Shown: positions 9,341-19,090 of the stretch, in pieces
How positions within the stretch are numbered: position 1 is the stretch's first letter
Layout of the letters: every line of letters starts with the position of its first letter
NCBI GenBank assembly: GCA_963787165.1
Contig: CAWBBT010000001.1
Span: 529,508-593,507 of the forward strand
From: an uncultured Actinomycetota bacterium
Lineage (GTDB): Bacteria; Actinomycetota; Actinomycetes; Propionibacteriales; Nocardioidaceae
Length of the DNA stretch: 64,000 nucleotides
Direction of reading: 5' to 3'
Made by a program: the position numbers and the translations under genes
The notes under the pieces: generated by a model
Databases searched by the model: none
Told to the model about the DNA's origin: nothing
Seen by the model: the letters and a program-made list of their open reading frames with translations, nothing else

Positions 9341-10120
9341 GTGGGAGAGTTCGCACGCCTCGAGGTCGAGGACGGAATCGGGACCATTCGGCTCGACCGG
9401 CCGAAGATGAACGCCCTCGACGCGCAGATGCAGACCGAGATCGCCGAGGCGGCCCGCGAGGCCGACCAACGTGACGACATCGCCGCCGTCGTCGTCTACG
9501 GCGGCGAGCGGGTGTTCGCGGCCGGCGCCGACGTCAAGCAGATGGCCGAGATGTCGTTCCAGGACATGAGCCGCCACGCGCAGTCCCTGCAGGACTTCAC
9601 CCGGTCGCTGGCCGCAGTGGGCAAGCCCACGATCTCGGCCATCACCGGGTTCGCGCTCGGCGGCGGCTGCGAGATCGCCCTCGCCACGGACGTACGGTTC
9701 TGCGCCGACGACGCCAAGCTCGGGCAGCCGGAGATCCTGCTCGGCATCATCCCCGGGGCCGGCGGTACACAGCGGCTCACACGACTGGTGGGACCGTCGC
9801 GGGCGAAGGAGATCATGTACACCGGTCGCTTCGTCGACGCCACCGAGGCGCTCGCGATCGGCCTGGTCGACCAGGTGCATCCCGGCGCTGAGGTCTACGA
9901 CCGGGCGGTGGAATGGGCCAAGCAGTTCGTCGGTGGCCCGTCCCTGGCCCTGCGAGCGCTCAAGAGTGCCGTCGACCGCGGTCTCGAGGTCGATCTCCAG
10001 ACCGGCCTCGACATCGAGCGCGTCGAGTTCGCCTCGCTCTTCGCCACGGACGACCAGACCACGGGGATGCGCTCGTTCGTCGAGAACGGGCCCGGCAAGG
10101 CGACCTTCGACGGTCGCTGA
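9341..10120 (+). CDS. Enoyl-CoA hydratase/isomerase
   Basis: FAAGADVK, ALGGGCE and PEILLGIIPGAGGTQRL motifs; GGAGG RBS before GTG 9341. Confidence 0.92.
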   Translation: MGEFARLEVEDGIGTIRLDRPKMNALDAQMQTEIAEAAREADQRDDIAAVVVYGGERVFAAGADVKQMAEMSFQDMSRHAQSLQDFTRSLAAVGKPTISAITGFALGGGCEIALATDVRFCADDAKLGQPEILLGIIPGAGGTQRLTRLVGPSRAKEIMYTGRFVDATEALAIGLVDQVHPGAEVYDRAVEWAKQFVGGPSLALRALKSAVDRGLEVDLQTGLDIERVEFASLFATDDQTTGMRSFVENGPGKATFDGR

Positions 10121-10378
10121 CGTGCCCATGCAGCGGCGCGGTGTGACGTTCCGCCGGGCCCCTCGTTGATGTGGCACGAGGCCGTGCAACCGCGTCGCGA
10201 GCCGGCGTCTACCGTGATCTTGTAGGAGTTCAACGACGACGCTGCCCGCACAGGACGACGACGATCGGATGCCGCCCCAGCCGGGGATGGCGATGGTCCG
10301 AAGTCTCTGTGACACACGGTACGCATGGGGCATACTGAGTGACGATGTGACGCCAGCGGTGTCGTGAGAAAGGGAGTC

Positions 10379-12991
10379 ATGACCGACTCAGGTTCGAACC
10401 AGCCATCTGACCGTCGACGCGCCGACCCATTGCAGGTCGCCGCGGAGACGCTCGCGCAGGATGAGGCCGAGAGCAACGACCGGCCCAGCGAGTCGACGGC
10501 TCCCAAGCCCGAGGCCACGGCACCACGCCCGTCATCCACGTCGGATGACCACGCCGACGATCACGAGGACGACGACCAGTCCGGTGGTCGTGGCCGCCGC
10601 AAGGACGCGAAGGCCGTCCGGCAGGCCGCCGCCGACAAGCGTCGCAAGGAACGGGCTGCCGCCCGCGCCTTCGCCGCATCCAAGCGGCACGCGCGAGACC
10701 GCGACGAGGCCGACGACGAGGCGCCGAGCGATGCGCCGGCCCAAGTCGTCCAGGCCCAGGAGCCCAAGAACGAGGAAGTCGCCGCCAAGGAGCCCCCGAA
10801 GAAGGAGCACGCGCTCCAGGAAGCAGCGGCCGCGGCCGAGTCCCAGCCCACGCCACCCAAGTCCCAGGCTGAGACGAAGGTCGACGGCGACTTCAAGTTG
10901 TCGGACCTTCGTTCGCCCGCCCGTCCCGACCAGGCCGAGGGGCCGACGCCCGAGCAGCGCGCCGCGCTTCGTGGTTCGGGTCAGACTGCCGCCGAGCTCG
11001 CTGCCGCGGGCGATGGTGGCTCCGACGAGACGAAGAAGCAGTCGGAGCCGGTCGCAGAGAAGGCCCCCGAGCCGCAGAAGGCACCGGAGCCGGTCGCGCC
11101 GAAGGCAACGGAGCCGGTCGCGCAGAAGGACCCCGAGCCCGAGAAGTCCCCCGAGCCGCAGAAGGCCCCCGAGCCGGTCGCGCAGAAGGTCCCCGAGCCC
11201 CAGAAGGCACCCGAGCCGCAGAGAGCTCCGGAGCCGCAGAAGGCACCGGAGCCGGTCGCCGAGAGGGCGCCCGAGCCTCAGAGGGCGCCAGAGCCCCAGA
11301 GGGCCCCGGAGCCGGCCAAGGACCAGCAGCAGCCGGTCGCGGCTGCGGCCGAGTCGTCCCCGCAGCAGCCGGCCAGCTTCGCCGAGAAGCTCGCCGCCGC
11401 CAGTGCCGCCGCGCAGCAGCGCGTCGCCGCGGCGCGTGCCGAGGCGAACCGGCTGATGGAAGAGGCGGCGCGGGAGCGTGCCGAAGCTGCCCGCCGCATC
11501 CAGGCCGACGAGACGAGCAAGAGTGAAGCCGCCGCGGCGAAGCTGCAGGCCGCCGAACAGGCCGCGGAGGAGCGGGTCAACGCCGCCCGTCAGGAAGCCG
11601 AGCGGGTCTCGGTCGAGATCCAGCGCGAGCGCGAGGCTGCGGCCGCCAAGATCGCCCAGCTGCAGCGCGAGGCCGATGCACGAGTTGCCGCGGCCAAGGC
11701 ACAGGCGGAGCAGCAGGCCCAGGCCCAGGTCGAGGAGGCGCAGGTCGAGGCAGATCGACGTCTCGCCCAGGCCGAGGCTCAGGCCAAGGCCGCCGCCGAG
11801 AAGCGGCTGGCCGAAGCCGAGGCCGAGGCCCAGGCGTCGGCAGCGCGCCGTGCCGAGGCCGCCGAGGCCGACGCACAACGCCGCATCACCGAGGCGCAGG
11901 AGCAGGCCGCCCAGCTCGCCGCGCAGGCGAAGGCCGAGCGCGAGGCAGCGCTGGCCCAGCTGGCGCGCGAGCGCGAGGAGGGTGACCGGAAGCTGGCCGA
12001 GGTGGAGGCCGAGGCCGAGCGGATCGTGCGCGAGGCGCACGAGACGTCGGCTCATCACATCGGCGCGGCCCAGGCCGAGGCCGAGAAGCTGACCCAGGAG
12101 ACCGCGGCCGAACGCATCGCCATCGCCGTTCGACTCAGTGACGCCGAGCGGGCCGCGGAGGAGAAGCTCACCGCCGCGAACGCCGAGGCCGAGCGTCTCG
12201 CTGCCGAGGCCGCAGCTCGTCACGACGAGGCTGCAGCCGAGCTCGAGCGCGAGCGCGACGACGCTCGGGCCCACGTCGAGCGGGCCAACGCCGAGGCCGC
12301 GAAGGTCGCCCGCGAGGCCGAGATCGAGCGCAACGAGGCCGCCGCCAAGGTCGCCGAGGCAGAACGCGTCTCCGAGGAACGGGTCCGTGCCGCCAAGGTC
12401 GAGGCCGAGCGGGTGGCCGCCGAGGCTGCCGACGCCGCCAAGGCTGCTGCTGCAGCCCAGGAGGAGGCCGCCAAGCGTCAGGCCGAGGAGATCGAAGCTG
12501 CCCGCCTCGCGGCCGAGCGTCGCGTTGCCCAGGCCGAGAAGGATGCCGCCGACCGCGTGTCCAAGGCCGAGGCCGAGGCCAGGCGCGTCGCCGAGGAAGC
12601 CGACTCCGACGCCAAGCGTCGCATCGCCGGCGCCCAGGCCGAGGCCGAGCGAGTCACCGCCGAGTCGAAGCGACAGGCCCAGGAGCGGCTCAGCCAGGCG
12701 GTCACCGCCGCGCGTGAGGCCGCCGAGGAGAAGCTCCGCGAGGCGGAGACCACCGCGATGGAGTGGGTCGCCGCGGCCGAGGCCGAGGCCGAGCGTGTCG
12801 CCCAGGCCCACATCGTCATGGCGAACCAGGCCAATCGCGACGCACCTCTGAGCCAGTCCGCTCCCAGCGTCGACGAGTTCGTCGATGAGAAACCCGACCC
12901 TGACGCGACGGCCGAGAAGCCCCAGGAGGTGAGCGGAACTGACGGGGCACCCGCCCCCGCCACCAAAAGACGCGTCGTTCGGCGCATCTGA
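10379..12991 (+). CDS. Large Ala/Glu-rich coiled-coil protein (Scy/DivIVA-like), N-terminal part
   Basis: RBS AAGGGAG + ATG 10379; disordered N-terminus, PEPQKA repeats, then about 500 aa of 11/22-residue-periodic coiled coil (AxAEAERV recurs at 22-residue spacing). Confidence 0.8.
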   Translation: MTDSGSNQPSDRRRADPLQVAAETLAQDEAESNDRPSESTAPKPEATAPRPSSTSDDHADDHEDDDQSGGRGRRKDAKAVRQAAADKRRKERAAARAFAASKRHARDRDEADDEAPSDAPAQVVQAQEPKNEEVAAKEPPKKEHALQEAAAAAESQPTPPKSQAETKVDGDFKLSDLRSPARPDQAEGPTPEQRAALRGSGQTAAELAAAGDGGSDETKKQSEPVAEKAPEPQKAPEPVAPKATEPVAQKDPEPEKSPEPQKAPEPVAQKVPEPQKAPEPQRAPEPQKAPEPVAERAPEPQRAPEPQRAPEPAKDQQQPVAAAAESSPQQPASFAEKLAAASAAAQQRVAAARAEANRLMEEAARERAEAARRIQADETSKSEAAAAKLQAAEQAAEERVNAARQEAERVSVEIQREREAAAAKIAQLQREADARVAAAKAQAEQQAQAQVEEAQVEADRRLAQAEAQAKAAAEKRLAEAEAEAQASAARRAEAAEADAQRRITEAQEQAAQLAAQAKAEREAALAQLAREREEGDRKLAEVEAEAERIVREAHETSAHHIGAAQAEAEKLTQETAAERIAIAVRLSDAERAAEEKLTAANAEAERLAAEAAARHDEAAAELERERDDARAHVERANAEAAKVAREAEIERNEAAAKVAEAERVSEERVRAAKVEAERVAAEAADAAKAAAAAQEEAAKRQAEEIEAARLAAERRVAQAEKDAADRVSKAEAEARRVAEEADSDAKRRIAGAQAEAERVTAESKRQAQERLSQAVTAAREAAEEKLREAETTAMEWVAAAEAEAERVAQAHIVMANQANRDAPLSQSAPSVDEFVDEKPDPDATAEKPQEVSGTDGAPAPATKRRVVRRI
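11040..11315 (+). repeat. Coding tandem repeats of PEPQKA / EPVAQKA-type units
   Basis: About 14 degenerate 18-24 bp units such as GAGCCGCAGAAGGCACCG. Confidence 0.85.
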
Positions 12992-13185
12992 GGTCCAGAC
13001 GGCGGGCGACGTCGCCGCCGAGACCCAGACCGAGCCAGAGCCTGAGCCGGAGCCGGAGCCGGACCGTCCGTCCGTCGACGAACCTGCCATAGCGCGCAGC
13101 GCCCTCGCGGCGGTTTCCGCGGAAGTGGCCGCAGCGCCCCCACGGGTCGAGCCCGCGGTCGAGAAGCCGGCTGACGCCCAGCCGG
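12969..13185 (+). CDS. Middle coding segment of the coiled-coil gene, in the +1 frame with no convincing start of its own
   Basis: Frame open 12933-13289, with coding-like codons [34 protein letters not shown]...VEPAVEKPADAQP. Confidence 0.55.
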
Positions 13186-14754
13186 CAGGATCGCAAGGAG
13201 CAGAAGGCCGCCGAGCGTCGGGAGCGCCAGGAGGCCAAGCTGGCCGCGCGCCGTCAGCGCGAGGCGGAGAAGGCGAAGCAAGAGGCTGAGCGCGAGCACG
13301 CGAGGGACGACGCCCGCCGAGCCAAGGAGCAGGCCAGGGCCGACGCCAAGGCAGCTCGCGAGAAGTCCGCGGAGGCTGCCCGAGAGGCCGACGTCGAAGC
13401 CAAGGCCCGACGGGCAGCCGAGCAGGTCGCCAGGCAAGCCGCCGAGCGCGAGAAGCGGGCTCGTACCGCCGCGCAGGCGTTGGAATCGGCCGCCGCGGCC
13501 GCGTCCGTCACGACCCGGATCGAACCCGACGACATCGGCACCCCGAGCGCGGACCAGGAATCAGCGGACGAGTCGTCGAGCGTGGAGATTCCGGCCGACG
13601 ACGTCACGGTTCCTGTGGCGCAGACGTCGCCCACCGCGTCCGACGATCGACGTGCCCAGACCGCTGCGCGCATCACCGATCGCCACGACCGTGACGCCGC
13701 GCGTGCTTCGGCCGCCGCCGAGCGGGCTCGTGCCAAGGACCAGGCGGTCCTGCAGCGTGCCGAGGCCAAGATCGGTTCCCGTTCCGGTGCGGATGCGCGC
13801 AAGACCGCCAAGGCGGACAGCACCGCAGCCGCAGCCGAGAGGCAACGCGCCAAGCAGGAGGAACGGCAGCGCCGATCCGACGCGAAACGGCAGGCCAAGG
13901 CCGCCAAGATCGAGGCGAAGAACCGGGCCAAGGCCGAGAAGGCGGAGGCGAAGCAACAGGCCCAGGAGTCCCGGCAGCAGAGCGCGGAGGCCAAGGCAGC
14001 CGAGGCCAAGGCAGCCGAGGCGAAGGCCGCGGAAGAGGAAGCGGCCGAGGCGAAGGCGGCCAAGGAGGAAGCGGCGGAGGCGAAGGCGGCGGAGGAGAGA
14101 GCCACGGAGGCCAAGGCAGACGAGAAGACCGACGTGCGCTCCAGGCTGGCTGAAGTCGCCAGACAGTCCAGGATGGCGGCCGGTGCGGCCGCAGGCGTGA
14201 GGACGGTCGAGCCGGACGTCACTCGTCCCACACAGACGGCCGATGGGGTCGACGACTCGAGCTCGGACACCTCCACTGAAGAGGTCGCACAGCCTGCCGC
14301 CGCGCTCCACGAGCCAGACACCGACCGTGAGCCGGAGCTCGAGTCCACCCAGCCCATCGGACGCGTGCAGGTCGCCGAGACACACGAGACCCCCGCGATC
14401 GAGAACCAGCCCGACGAACCGGATGAGCCTGCGTCCGCGCGAGGTGGCGGCGGACTCCGCTCGGTCTGGTCGACCGTGGCGGGAGGCATCGGCGTGCTCG
14501 GGCTCGTCCTGTCGGTCGTGCTTGCCGTCGGCGCCTTCACGGTCGCGATCGGCGCAGGCGCGGGCAACGCGATCTACGACCCGATCTCGACCGTGTGCAA
14601 CGCGCTCGCCGGACCCCTCAAGAGTGCCTTCGACTTCTCCGGGCCCAATGCGGCCAGCCGCGAGGAGTTCCTGGGCTGGGGTGCAGGATCGCTGATCTAC
14701 CTCGCGCTGAGCTTTGCCGGCCAGGCGGCGCACCGCGCGGCCATCCGCGACTGA
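13186..14754 (+). CDS. C-terminal segment of the coiled-coil gene with membrane anchor; frame begins well upstream of TTG 13480
   Basis: Frame open from 13093; clear coding from QDRKEQKAAERRERQEAK (13186); no ATG/GTG/TTG before 13480; ends in two TM segments. Confidence 0.7.
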   Translation, partial: QDRKEQKAAERRERQEAKLAARRQREAEKAKQEAEREHARDDARRAKEQARADAKAAREKSAEAAREADVEAKARRAAEQVARQAAEREKRARTAAQALESAAAAASVTTRIEPDDIGTPSADQESADESSSVEIPADDVTVPVAQTSPTASDDRRAQTAARITDRHDRDAARASAAAERARAKDQAVLQRAEAKIGSRSGADARKTAKADSTAAAAERQRAKQEERQRRSDAKRQAKAAKIEAKNRAKAEKAEAKQQAQESRQQSAEAKAAEAKAAEAKAAEEEAAEAKAAKEEAAEAKAAEERATEAKADEKTDVRSRLAEVARQSRMAAGAAAGVRTVEPDVTRPTQTADGVDDSSSDTSTEEVAQPAAALHEPDTDREPELESTQPIGRVQVAETHETPAIENQPDEPDEPASARGGGGLRSVWSTVAGGIGVLGLVLSVVLAVGAFTVAIGAGAGNAIYDPISTVCNALAGPLKSAFDFSGPNAASREEFLGWGAGSLIYLALSFAGQAAHRAAIRD

Positions 14755-14781
14755 CCCGTCAAGGCCGCGGTACCACGGCTC

Positions 14782-14798
14782 ATACCTGAGGGGGGTAT
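14782..14798. promoter_or_regulatory. CsoR operator
   Basis: ATACC-TGAGGGG-GGTAT: TAC/GTA dyad with a G-tract, directly upstream of csoR. Confidence 0.75.
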
Positions 14799-14837
14799 AG
14801 CCTGTGGACAGGCAGCTCGCGCCCTCGGAGGTCCCAC

Positions 14838-15140
14838 ATGAGCACTGACGCCGGCCATCAGCACGGCTACATCGACAACAAGGACGACCACCTCAAGAGG
14901 CTTCGTCGCATCGAGGGGCAGGCGCGCGGGCTCCAGCGGATGGTCGAGGAGGAGCAGTACTGCATCGACATCCTCACCCAGGTCTCCGCCATGACCAAGG
15001 CGCTTCAGTCGGTGGCACTGGGCCTGCTTGACGAGCACATGTCCCACTGCGTGGTCGACGCCGCTCGCCAGGGTGATGCCGAGGCCACGGTGAAGATCAA
15101 GGAAGCCACGGACGCGATCGCCCGGCTCGTCCGATCCTGA
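14838..15140 (+). CDS. csoR: CsoR/RcnR family metal-sensitive repressor
   Basis: KRLRRIEGQARGLQRMVEEEQYCIDILTQ...HMSHC, with the C-H-C ligands present. Confidence 0.9.
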   Translation: MSTDAGHQHGYIDNKDDHLKRLRRIEGQARGLQRMVEEEQYCIDILTQVSAMTKALQSVALGLLDEHMSHCVVDAARQGDAEATVKIKEATDAIARLVRS

Positions 15141-15364
15141 CGCCGAGGGACCGATTCCAAGCGCCCAGTCCGACAGCCCAGAGTGTGACGAAACCCATGC
15201 GACGTGAAGTCGCTCCGTAGGTGACTGGTCGGTAACATCCACCGAGGACGGGCTGCTCACCCTGCCGTCAGCACCTCTGACACCGGGGTGGGAGAGTTGC
15301 CCTGACGCCCAGTCTCCCGACTGCCGCGGCGGCGTGCCGCGCCACAGATCACAGGAGGGTCCTC

Positions 15365-16144
15365 GTGACCAAAATCGTAGTCGCAGTGAAGTACGTGCCG
15401 GACGCCACGGCTGACCGCACCTTCAACTCCGACAACACCGTCGATCGCGAGAACGTCGACGGACTGCTGTCCGAGCTCGACGAGTACGCGGTCGAGCAGG
15501 CGCTGCAGGTCGTCGAGGCCGGCGAGGGCGAGGTCACGGTCGTGACGGTCGGTCCTGAGGACGCCGCCGACGCCGTGCGCAAGGCGCTGCAGATGGGTGC
15601 CGACGCCGGTGTCCACGTCGTCGACGACGCCATCCACGGCTCCGACGCGTTCGCCACCTCGCTCGTGCTCGCCGAGGCCATCAAGAAGATCGAGTACGAC
15701 CTGGTGTTCTTCGGCATGGGCTCCACCGACGGCGGACTCGGCGTGGTGCCGACGCTCGTCGCCGAGCGGCTCGGCCTTCCGGCCGTCACCTTCGGCTCGG
15801 AGCTCACGGTCGACGGCGACACCGTCAAGATCGTCCGCGACGGCGACGTCGCCACCCAGGAGATCGAGGCCACCGGGCCGCTCGTGGTCAGCGTCACCGA
15901 CCAGACCGACGAGGCACGCTACCCGTCGTTCAAGGGCATCATGGCCGCCAAGAAGAAGCCGGTCGAGACGTGGTCGCTGAGCGATCTGGGCCTCGACGCC
16001 GGCGACGTCGGCCTCGACGCCGCGTGGACGAAGGTCGAGTCGTTCGAGCCTCGCCCGCCGCGCACCGCCGGCGAGATCGTCACCGACGAGGGAGACGGCG
16101 GCACCAAGCTCGCCGAGTTCCTCGCCTCCAAGAAGTTCGTCTGA
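15365..16144 (+). CDS. etfB: Electron transfer flavoprotein beta subunit
   Basis: KIVVAVKYVPD, ELDEYAVEQAL and RYPSFKGIMAAKKK motifs. Confidence 0.95.
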   Translation: MTKIVVAVKYVPDATADRTFNSDNTVDRENVDGLLSELDEYAVEQALQVVEAGEGEVTVVTVGPEDAADAVRKALQMGADAGVHVVDDAIHGSDAFATSLVLAEAIKKIEYDLVFFGMGSTDGGLGVVPTLVAERLGLPAVTFGSELTVDGDTVKIVRDGDVATQEIEATGPLVVSVTDQTDEARYPSFKGIMAAKKKPVETWSLSDLGLDAGDVGLDAAWTKVESFEPRPPRTAGEIVTDEGDGGTKLAEFLASKKFV

Positions 16145-16160
16145 GAAGGAGTCCCAGACC

Positions 16161-17108
16161 ATGACTGAAGTCCTCGTCCTGATCGACGCCCCCGATGGCA
16201 AGGCCACGAAGCCGTCGCTGGAGCTCCTGACGATCGCCCGCAGCATCGGTGAGCCCTCTGCCGTCATGTTCGGCTCGACCGTGCCCGACTCGCTGGCCGA
16301 GTACGGCGCCGAGAAGGTCTACCAGCTCGACGACGCCGTGTACGACGAGTACCTGGTCGGCCCCAAGGCCGAGGCGCTCGCCCAGCTCGTCGCCGACAAG
16401 AGCCCCGCCGCGGTGCTCGTGCCCTCGCACTCCGAGGGCAAGGAGATCGCCGCCCGCGTCGCCCTGAAGTCGGAGTCCGGCCTCATCACCGACGCGGTAG
16501 ACGTCGACGTCGACGGCGGCACCATCACCACCACGCAGTCGGTGTTCGCCGGCAACTTCACCGTGAAGGCGGGGGTCGCCAAGGGCGTGCCCGTCATCGC
16601 GGTCAAGCCCAACTCGGTCACCCCGGAGGCGTCGTCCGGCGCTGGAACGGTCGAAGCCGTGTCGGTCGACGTCTCCGACGCCGCCAAGGGCGCCAAGATC
16701 ACCTCGAGCAAGCCGAAGGAGGCCTCCGGCCGTCCCGAGCTCACCGAGGCTGCCATCGTCGTGTCCGGCGGTCGTGGCACTGGCGGAGACTTCTCCGAGG
16801 TCGAGGCGTTCGCCGACTCGCTCGGAGCCGCCGTGGGCGCCTCGCGCGCTGCAGTGGACTCCGGCTGGTACCCGCACTCGTTCCAGATCGGGCAGACCGG
16901 CAAGACGGTCTCGCCCCAGCTGTACGTGGCGAACGGCATCTCCGGTGCCATCCAGCACCGCGCCGGCATGCAGACGTCGAAGACGATCGTCGCCGTCAAC
17001 AAGGACGAGGAGGCGCCGATCTTCGAGCTCGTCGACTTCGGCGTCGTGGGCGACCTCAAGGCGGTCCTCCCGCAGGCCACCGAGGAGATCACCAAGCGCA
17101 AGGGCTGA
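16161..17108 (+). CDS. etfA: Electron transfer flavoprotein alpha subunit
   Basis: [27 protein letters not shown] and [12 protein letters not shown] motifs. Confidence 0.95.
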   Translation: MTEVLVLIDAPDGKATKPSLELLTIARSIGEPSAVMFGSTVPDSLAEYGAEKVYQLDDAVYDEYLVGPKAEALAQLVADKSPAAVLVPSHSEGKEIAARVALKSESGLITDAVDVDVDGGTITTTQSVFAGNFTVKAGVAKGVPVIAVKPNSVTPEASSGAGTVEAVSVDVSDAAKGAKITSSKPKEASGRPELTEAAIVVSGGRGTGGDFSEVEAFADSLGAAVGASRAAVDSGWYPHSFQIGQTGKTVSPQLYVANGISGAIQHRAGMQTSKTIVAVNKDEEAPIFELVDFGVVGDLKAVLPQATEEITKRKG

Positions 17109-17120
17109 CCGACCTAGTCC

Positions 17121-17159
17121 CAGAAGGTGCCCTGAGCTGATGCTCGGGGCACCTTTCTG
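17121..17159 (+). terminator. Stem-loop terminator after etfA
   Basis: GAAGGTGCCCTGAGC-tgat-GCTCGGGGCACCTTTC. Confidence 0.8.
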
Positions 17160-17314
17160 CTGCCATGGCCCGTTCGGACCACTGACAGATGGCCCATTGG
17201 GATTAGGTGACAGTTTGATGAAGTAGGCGTCCCGGAGTGTGCCGTGGCCCACATGGGGTGATAGCAAGGGGTGTTCGCACGCGTCTGCGTGCATCACATT
17301 CTCAGGAGGAATCC

Positions 17315-18946
17315 ATGCGACTCACTCGGCGTACTCGCTTGGCCGGGATCGGCCTGGCGGCAGCAGCCAGTCTGGTGCTGGCGGCGTGCGGTGGCGGTGG
17401 CGACAAGGGCGGAAGTGGCAGCGACAGCGTCATCACCGTCTACGGCACCAACCCGCAGAACCCGCTGATCCCGACCGCGACCAACGAGGTCGGCGGTGGC
17501 GACCCGCTCAACAACCTGTACGCGGGCCTGACCTCCTACAACCCCGACGGGTCGGTCTCCAACGAGGTCGCCGAGTCGATCGAGCCTGACAAGGACAGCA
17601 AGGTCTGGACCGTCACGCTGAAGCCGTGGAAGTTCACCGACGGCTCGGACGTGACCGCGGACTCGTTCGTCAAGGCATGGAACTACGGCGCCAACCCGGA
17701 CAACAAGCAGCTCAACAACTACTTCTTCTACCCGATCGAGGGCACCGACGACATCGGCAACACCACCAAGGGTGAGAAGACGGTCAAGGGCCTGAAGGTC
17801 GTCGACGACAAGTCCTTCACCATCACGCTGAAGTCGCCCGAGTCGGACTTCCCGCTCCGTCTCGGCTACTCGGCCTACTTCCCGGTGCCGGACTCCGCAT
17901 ACGGGACCGACGGCAAGATCACCAAGGAGTACGGCGAGCGCCCGATCGGCAACGGTCCGTACAAGCTGAGCAAGAGCGGCTGGGAGCGCAACAAGCAGAT
18001 CTCGATGATCCCGAACAAGGACTACACCGGGCTCCGCAAGCCGGAGAACGGCGGGCTGACGTTCAAGTTCTTCAACTCGACCGACTCCGCCTACAGCGAC
18101 GTGCAGGCCGGCAACCTCGACGTCCTGGACCAGGTGCCGCCCAGTGCACTCACCACGTTCGAGAAGGACGACGCGGTCAAGGCATACAACGAGCCGGGGT
18201 CTGTCTTCTCCGACATCACGATCCCGTCGCGTCTGCCGCACTTCAAGGGCAAGGAAGGGGAGATGCGTCGCGCGGCGATCTCGATGGCCACGGACCGCAA
18301 GGAGATCTGCGACAAGATCTTCAATGGCGCCCGCACGCCGGCGAAGGACTTCACGTCGCCAGTGCTCGACGGCTGGACCGATCAGGTCAAGGGCAACGAG
18401 GTGCTGGACTTCAACCCGGACGAGGCCAAGCGCCTGTGGGCCGACGCCAACAAGATCAGCGACTGGTCCGGCAAGTTCGTCCTCGCGTACAACAACGACG
18501 GCGCGGGCAACAAGGAGTTCAGCGAAGCGATGACCAACCAGCTCAAGAACACGTTGGGCATCGACGCCGAGCCGAAGGTGTACGCCACGTTCGACGAGCT
18601 CCGCACGGTCATCACGGATCGCTCGATCAAGACCCCGTTCCGCACCGGCTGGCAGGCTGACTACCCGTCGATGCTGAACTACCTGGGTCCGATCTACGCC
18701 ACCGGCGCAGGCTCGAACGACGGCGACTACAGCAACAAGCAGTTCGACCAGCTGATGTCCGACGCTGCAGCCGCCAAGGGCGACGCACGGTACAAGCTGA
18801 TCGGTGAGGCACAGACGATCCTGCTCAAGGACCTGCCGGCCATTCCGCTGTGGTACCAGAACGCCACCGCGGTGACCACGAAGGACCTCAAGGGGTTCCA
18901 CTTCAACTGGCAGCAGAAGCCCGACTACTTCAAGCTCACCAAGTAG
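17315..18946 (+). CDS. Peptide ABC transporter substrate-binding lipoprotein (OppA/DppA family)
   Basis: Lipobox LVLAAC; SBP family 5 motifs (PIGNGPYKL, GWQADYP, LPAIPLWY); RBS AGGAGG. Confidence 0.92.
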   Translation: MRLTRRTRLAGIGLAAAASLVLAACGGGGDKGGSGSDSVITVYGTNPQNPLIPTATNEVGGGDPLNNLYAGLTSYNPDGSVSNEVAESIEPDKDSKVWTVTLKPWKFTDGSDVTADSFVKAWNYGANPDNKQLNNYFFYPIEGTDDIGNTTKGEKTVKGLKVVDDKSFTITLKSPESDFPLRLGYSAYFPVPDSAYGTDGKITKEYGERPIGNGPYKLSKSGWERNKQISMIPNKDYTGLRKPENGGLTFKFFNSTDSAYSDVQAGNLDVLDQVPPSALTTFEKDDAVKAYNEPGSVFSDITIPSRLPHFKGKEGEMRRAAISMATDRKEICDKIFNGARTPAKDFTSPVLDGWTDQVKGNEVLDFNPDEAKRLWADANKISDWSGKFVLAYNNDGAGNKEFSEAMTNQLKNTLGIDAEPKVYATFDELRTVITDRSIKTPFRTGWQADYPSMLNYLGPIYATGAGSNDGDYSNKQFDQLMSDAAAAKGDARYKLIGEAQTILLKDLPAIPLWYQNATAVTTKDLKGFHFNWQQKPDYFKLTK

Positions 18947-18960
18947 TCGGCCGACCGCGA

Positions 18961-18996
18961 CGGACGGGGGCAGCCCACTCGGGCTGTCCCCGTCCG
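18961..18996 (+). terminator. Intercistronic stem-loop after the SBP gene
   Basis: CGGACGGGGGCAGCCC-actc-GGGCTGTCCCCGTCCG. Confidence 0.75.
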
Positions 18997-19090
18997 CCAA
19001 GGCGGACGCCGTGCGCTGAGCGCGGCGGGTAGTAACGTCGAGATGTGGTCGTGATGACCACCCGTGAACTGTGACCCCCAGGAGGCTTCT

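Noticed and set aside
10121-10378. 258-bp intergenic region with short ORFs on both strands
   Set aside because: No coherent codon bias, RNA motif or repeat; treated as a promoter region.
11040-11315. 18-24 bp periodic repeats
   Set aside because: They encode PEPQKA-type protein repeats; there is no repeat-spacer structure and no cas genes nearby.
10532-13090. 852-aa minus-strand ORF
   Set aside because: Antisense shadow of the Ala/Glu-rich coiled-coil gene (LGLGLG/SGSG patterns); high-GC artefact.
15141-15364. Long 5' region of etfB, examined as a possible FMN or other riboswitch
   Set aside because: No FMN-aptamer signature or other recognisable conserved riboswitch motif could be matched by eye. 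An Infernal/Rfam scan would be needed.
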